Source: Escherichia coli
GTDB taxonomy: Bacteria > Pseudomonadota > Gammaproteobacteria > Enterobacterales > Enterobacteriaceae
Assembly: GCF_024223415.1 (NCBI RefSeq)
Contig: NZ_CP100501.1
Length of the DNA stretch: 64,000 nucleotides
Strand: one strand, 5' to 3'
Shown: positions 60,604-64,000 of the stretch, one piece after another
How the letters are laid out: the number at the start of each line of letters is the position of its first letter
Position numbering within the stretch: position 1 is the stretch's first letter
Translations under genes and position numbers: made by a program
The notes under the pieces: generated by a model
What the model was told of the DNA's origin: nothing
The model's input: only the letters and a program-made list of their open reading frames with translations
Database searches by the model: none

Positions 60604-62763
60604 TTATTGTTTTATTCCGTCTTTATCATCTCTATTAATATTTTTCAGTTTTTCTTCACGAACGCCAGGTGTTCTGCGCATATTGGTATTACCTCCGGCA
60701 ATAATATCTTTGACGGATGAAACCATATTCCCCAGCATATTAACACCGTCACGTCCGCCCAGAAAATTAATCACATGGTCAGGCAGATAAGCCTGAAGCG
60801 CAAAAACGGCCGCAACCAGCGTGGTACAGACTCGGGCATAAATCAGCAAAAATCCTGCCATGCTGAATAGCCCCGTCAGGGAGTCTGTCTGTACATTGGC
60901 CAGTGCAGCTCCAAACAACGAATTTAGAATGGTTCCGGCAGCAATGATAGCGACTGACGCAAAGAAGAACCCGAATACCATCAGCAGCGGTCTGATCATG
61001 CTGTCTATCAGGTAGATGTAACCGTAAGCGGCCCGGCTTCCCCGGTCCTGGCTTGTTCCCAGGTGGGTGGCCGCCCAGAGGGGGCCAGCAGCACATCCAA
61101 TCAGCACGCTGACTATCCAGTTACCAATGCCGGTCATCCAGAAGATAAACGGAATAAACGGCAGGTAAATGGATAACGAAAAGCCGGCACAGAACAGCAA
61201 AAACAGCAGGAAGTAGAGCGGTGGAGCGGCTGCTTCCATAAAAGCCTTTGCAGCCTCAGGTAAGCCCGTAACGGTATTAACCAGCCGACCAAAAATGGAG
61301 TTGCTGCCGGCAGTCGAAAGCACCCTGACTGTGGTATAACCCGCCCAGATGCTTTCAGTAATGCCCATAGTGTAATCACCGATATTTTTCATTTTTATCA
61401 GTGGGTTTAGTTGGTCAGTGGTTGTGCCGGTTTTTGTAAAGATTGTTGCTACATTATTTGTAAGTTCTACTCCAGGAATTGAACTTAAAATAGCACTTTG
61501 CGGATCGTTACTGCCTGCGCTGTTATATTCATTTGCTGATTTTAATGTTCCCAGTGCAGGAGTATACGTTGAGTTCTGTAGCTGTGCCTGGTAAGCCCCC
61601 TTGACTTCCTTCAGGAACTCCGTATCCCCGGCTTCGCCCAGTGACGAGACGCCACTCACAGTAGGAGCGCGGTTGGCCAGGTCTTCCAGTCGCTGGTTGG
61701 CGGTGGCAAAGGTCTGGTACCAGGCGCCCAGGGCAACCCAGCCGTAGGTGGTCAGGTAGGATTTCAGCTGCTCCCTGCGCTCAGTTTCTGCGTTATCTGC
61801 CGGCAACGCCTTCTGCACCGTTTCTTCATACCGGTTGGCAGCCTTCTGAATACGGCTTTCAATATCCGGCAGGTTGCCGTTACCCGTGTCGCGTCGGGTC
61901 CGGTACGCTGACACAAATTCCTGCGCCGCGCTGTCCAGGTCACGGAGCATGGTATCCATGGCGGAGCGCTGTGCCGTCAGAACCCCCTGATATTCCGTTT
62001 CAATGAAGGGATTGAAAAAATGGGCCAGCGCGGACTGCTTGTTACTGCCGTTTCCTTTCACGGAGAGACTCACACTCCCGCAGGTGGCGCTGCCATTTGA
62101 GACGGTGACGGTATATCTGCCATTCTCTGTCCGTGAGGATTCGCTCATGGGCGGCGTTGATGAACGTGCGGTACGGTTAAAGTCATCGAGGCCCGTATTC
62201 ATGGCGTGTTTGCACAGTTCCATCTCCAGTATTCCCCGTGCTGCCGTGCGGGTGGAGACATGTACTGGCTGTACGGTCATTGAATAGCCTTCAGCGATGT
62301 TTTCTGCCGCTGTCTGAACCATGATATTGGCGGAACCGATGCCCATGATGGATGCGCCCCACAGCATGACCAGTTGTGCCAGACTCCAGCCGGAAGCGGT
62401 GGGCACAATCATCATAAAACCGCTCACAATACTGAGCATTCCGACGACGTCCCGTCCGTTGTTAAAGACATTGCCCTGGTGTCCCGTGCGGACAGCATGA
62501 CGGATACCAATAAACAGAAACCAGACTATCCCCATCGTGGCGATAATTGCGTTAAACACCATGAACAGGTTGCCAATGATGGTGTTGCTGCTGGCTGTCA
62601 GGGGATTTGTGACCACATCACCAAAAATGGTGACCAGTGCCTGGCGCGACAGGTCATCCGGATTGGTGGCGGCACTCACAATGTCCTGATAGGTGACGAA
62701 AGCCTGTGCAGGTACGGCAGCCAGCGCCAGACCTGCACTCAGTGCTCTGGGTATGATTTTCAC
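60604..62763 (-). CDS. traY: IncI1-type transfer protein TraY (polytopic membrane protein)
   Basis: 719-aa ORF with multiple hydrophobic segments. Confidence 0.75.
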   Translation of the reverse strand: MKIIPRALSAGLALAAVPAQAFVTYQDIVSAATNPDDLSRQALVTIFGDVVTNPLTASSNTIIGNLFMVFNAIIATMGIVWFLFIGIRHAVRTGHQGNVFNNGRDVVGMLSIVSGFMMIVPTASGWSLAQLVMLWGASIMGIGSANIMVQTAAENIAEGYSMTVQPVHVSTRTAARGILEMELCKHAMNTGLDDFNRTARSSTPPMSESSRTENGRYTVTVSNGSATCGSVSLSVKGNGSNKQSALAHFFNPFIETEYQGVLTAQRSAMDTMLRDLDSAAQEFVSAYRTRRDTGNGNLPDIESRIQKAANRYEETVQKALPADNAETERREQLKSYLTTYGWVALGAWYQTFATANQRLEDLANRAPTVSGVSSLGEAGDTEFLKEVKGAYQAQLQNSTYTPALGTLKSANEYNSAGSNDPQSAILSSIPGVELTNNVATIFTKTGTTTDQLNPLIKMKNIGDYTMGITESIWAGYTTVRVLSTAGSNSIFGRLVNTVTGLPEAAKAFMEAAAPPLYFLLFLLFCAGFSLSIYLPFIPFIFWMTGIGNWIVSVLIGCAAGPLWAATHLGTSQDRGSRAAYGYIYLIDSMIRPLLMVFGFFFASVAIIAAGTILNSLFGAALANVQTDSLTGLFSMAGFLLIYARVCTTLVAAVFALQAYLPDHVINFLGGRDGVNMLGNMVSSVKDIIAGGNTNMRRTPGVREEKLKNINRDDKDGIKQ

Positions 62764-62837
62764 GGTAACTCCGGAACCGAAGGGGATGCCCGGGCATCAG
62801 CCCCCGGAATGAGGAAAAGAAATTGCAGACCGGACGG

Positions 62838-63407
62838 TCAGTACTGCCGGTGGGTAATGGCCAGCCATGTGGCCTGTTTCCAGCCGTGCCGGGCCTGCAG
62901 GTAATCGGGGAAGGTGCCCTGTTCGTCCTCGCTGACCCGCCGTTCATTCAGCTGCCAGAGGCGGTATGACGCAATCAGGGCTTTTGAGGCACACAGTGCT
63001 GCAATGGTGCTCATCAGTAACAGGCAGACCAGGATACGTATCAGGGTGATGACCGGCAGTGCGGTGGCCGCAAGGGCCATACCACACAGCAGAAGTACCG
63101 GTATCATCATCAGCCAGAATCCTGTCCGCCAGAACATCCTGCGACGTCGCAGACGCCGGTCCAGTTCGTCGACCGTCAGTCCGCTGGCCCTGACCGCTTC
63201 CTCCCAGGTCATACAGACCGGACTCTCCGGTTGCCGGTCGGGCATGAGGCGCTTCAGGCGCGTTTTATGCTGGTCCAGCATATGGCGGCAGCTGCGCAGC
63301 ATCCAGCGGGTTTCTGCCAGTGGTGCGAACAGATTTATCCCTATATCACCGATGCGGCGGAGACGGGGGGCCGGTTTTTTTTCGTCGATGCTGTTGTCGT
63401 CTTTCAT
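62838..63407 (-). CDS. traX: IncI1-type transfer protein TraX
   Basis: 189-aa membrane ORF between traW and traY. Confidence 0.65.
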   Translation of the reverse strand: MKDDNSIDEKKPAPRLRRIGDIGINLFAPLAETRWMLRSCRHMLDQHKTRLKRLMPDRQPESPVCMTWEEAVRASGLTVDELDRRLRRRRMFWRTGFWLMMIPVLLLCGMALAATALPVITLIRILVCLLLMSTIAALCASKALIASYRLWQLNERRVSEDEQGTFPDYLQARHGWKQATWLAITHRQY

Positions 63408-63937
63408 CTTACGCTCCCCTGGCTCATGGCCTGTGACAGTTCGCCAAGGCGCTGTCCGTAATACTGCCGTGCGGCCAGCGCAAGTTGCTGCCCGGCGATA
63501 ACGTTACCCTGACGAATCTGCTCTTTCAGGTCGTTCATCTGCCAGTTCAGCAGGGCGGTGGTGCGCAGCAGTTCACGGAGAAGGTTATCGCCTTCCATGC
63601 CCTGCAGATCCTGCTGCCAGTCGGTGTTTGCATAGCGTCTGCCGGCTTCAAAGGCCTCAAACTCCCGCTGGCTCATGTGACCACGGGTGCGGGCCTCTGA
63701 TGATGCGGTCCGGTCAAAATATGCCGCAGCGGATGGTGACTGCAGGGCTTCAGTCAGCGCTCCACGGGTGGCCTCATTAGGGGTGCTGTCAGCTATCAGT
63801 GACAGTTGCGGATGAGAGGCGGCATCGATGATGCCGTTGTATTCATTCTGCAGGCCCACATACGTGCGCCCGGTCTGTGTTCCCACTTCACCTTTCCCCG
63901 GGGCACGACCCGCTGACGGTCTGGCGGTGTTTTTCAT
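63404..63937 (-). CDS. traW: IncI1-type transfer protein TraW; 5' end may lie beyond the window
   Basis: ORF overlapping the traX start; gene-order inference. Confidence 0.5.
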   Translation of the reverse strand: MKNTARPSAGRAPGKGEVGTQTGRTYVGLQNEYNGIIDAASHPQLSLIADSTPNEATRGALTEALQSPSAAAYFDRTASSEARTRGHMSQREFEAFEAGRRYANTDWQQDLQGMEGDNLLRELLRTTALLNWQMNDLKEQIRQGNVIAGQQLALAARQYYGQRLGELSQAMSQGSVR

Positions 63938-64000
63938 GTAAGCCGTGGCAGCATCAATCTGTTTCTGATCCCAGGTGAGGGCGGCAGGGGTATCTGCTGT

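Noticed and set aside
62374-63501. Plus-strand ORFs of 176 and 195 aa overlapping traY and traX
   Set aside because: Antisense to hydrophobic membrane-protein ORFs in conserved transfer-gene order; Arg/Ser-rich low-complexity translations.

Overview
This window is a mosaic segment of a conjugative enterobacterial plasmid. It has three parts. (1) An IS-rich accessory region (1-17.3 kb): an IS66-family transposase fragment, a 5'-truncated IS2, a large AT-rich AIDA-I-type autotransporter adhesin gene, an IS629-like element, a four-gene SBP/permease/ATPase/MFS transporter cluster resembling eitABCD whose ATPase has lost its Walker A region, a serine resolvase with a res-like site and a divergent RHH/RelE toxin-antitoxin pair, an IS91-family transposase, and a frameshifted Rad50/RloC-like zinc-hook ABC ATPase. 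(2) Maintenance and leading-region genes (17.4-40 kb): vapBC, a tyrosine recombinase, a ParA-type partition locus with GCAATCTTGC-type repeats, stbAB (ParMR-like), a LexA box with a truncated DinI/ImpC-like ORF, then an F-like leading region (orphan DNA methyltransferase, klcA/ardB, ssb, ParB-like protein, psiB, psiA, ardA, an Rpn nuclease and several unknown ORFs) punctuated by two families of long GC-rich repeats placed like single-strand promoters. (3) IncI1-type transfer genes (40-64 kb): oriT with a MobP-type nick motif, nikA, nikB, a PemIK/MazEF-like pair, trbC/trbB/trbA, a thermonuclease, the Hok-family toxin pndA, excA, traY, traX and part of traW. Between pemK and trbC lies a 6.9-kb IS mosaic (IS256-family fragments, two more IS629 copies, a complete IS2 with 5-bp target duplication, and an AT-rich structured non-coding stretch) bounded by inverted IS256-family ends and an 8-bp direct repeat. 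No rRNA, tRNA or CRISPR array was seen. The best candidates for undescribed biology are the RloC-like ATPase next to IS91, the unknown first-transferred genes behind the leading-region repeats, the Rpn gene with a detached tail-domain ORF, and the structured AT-rich cargo of the IS mosaic. All calls rest on reading the sequence and ORF translations; no database search was run.
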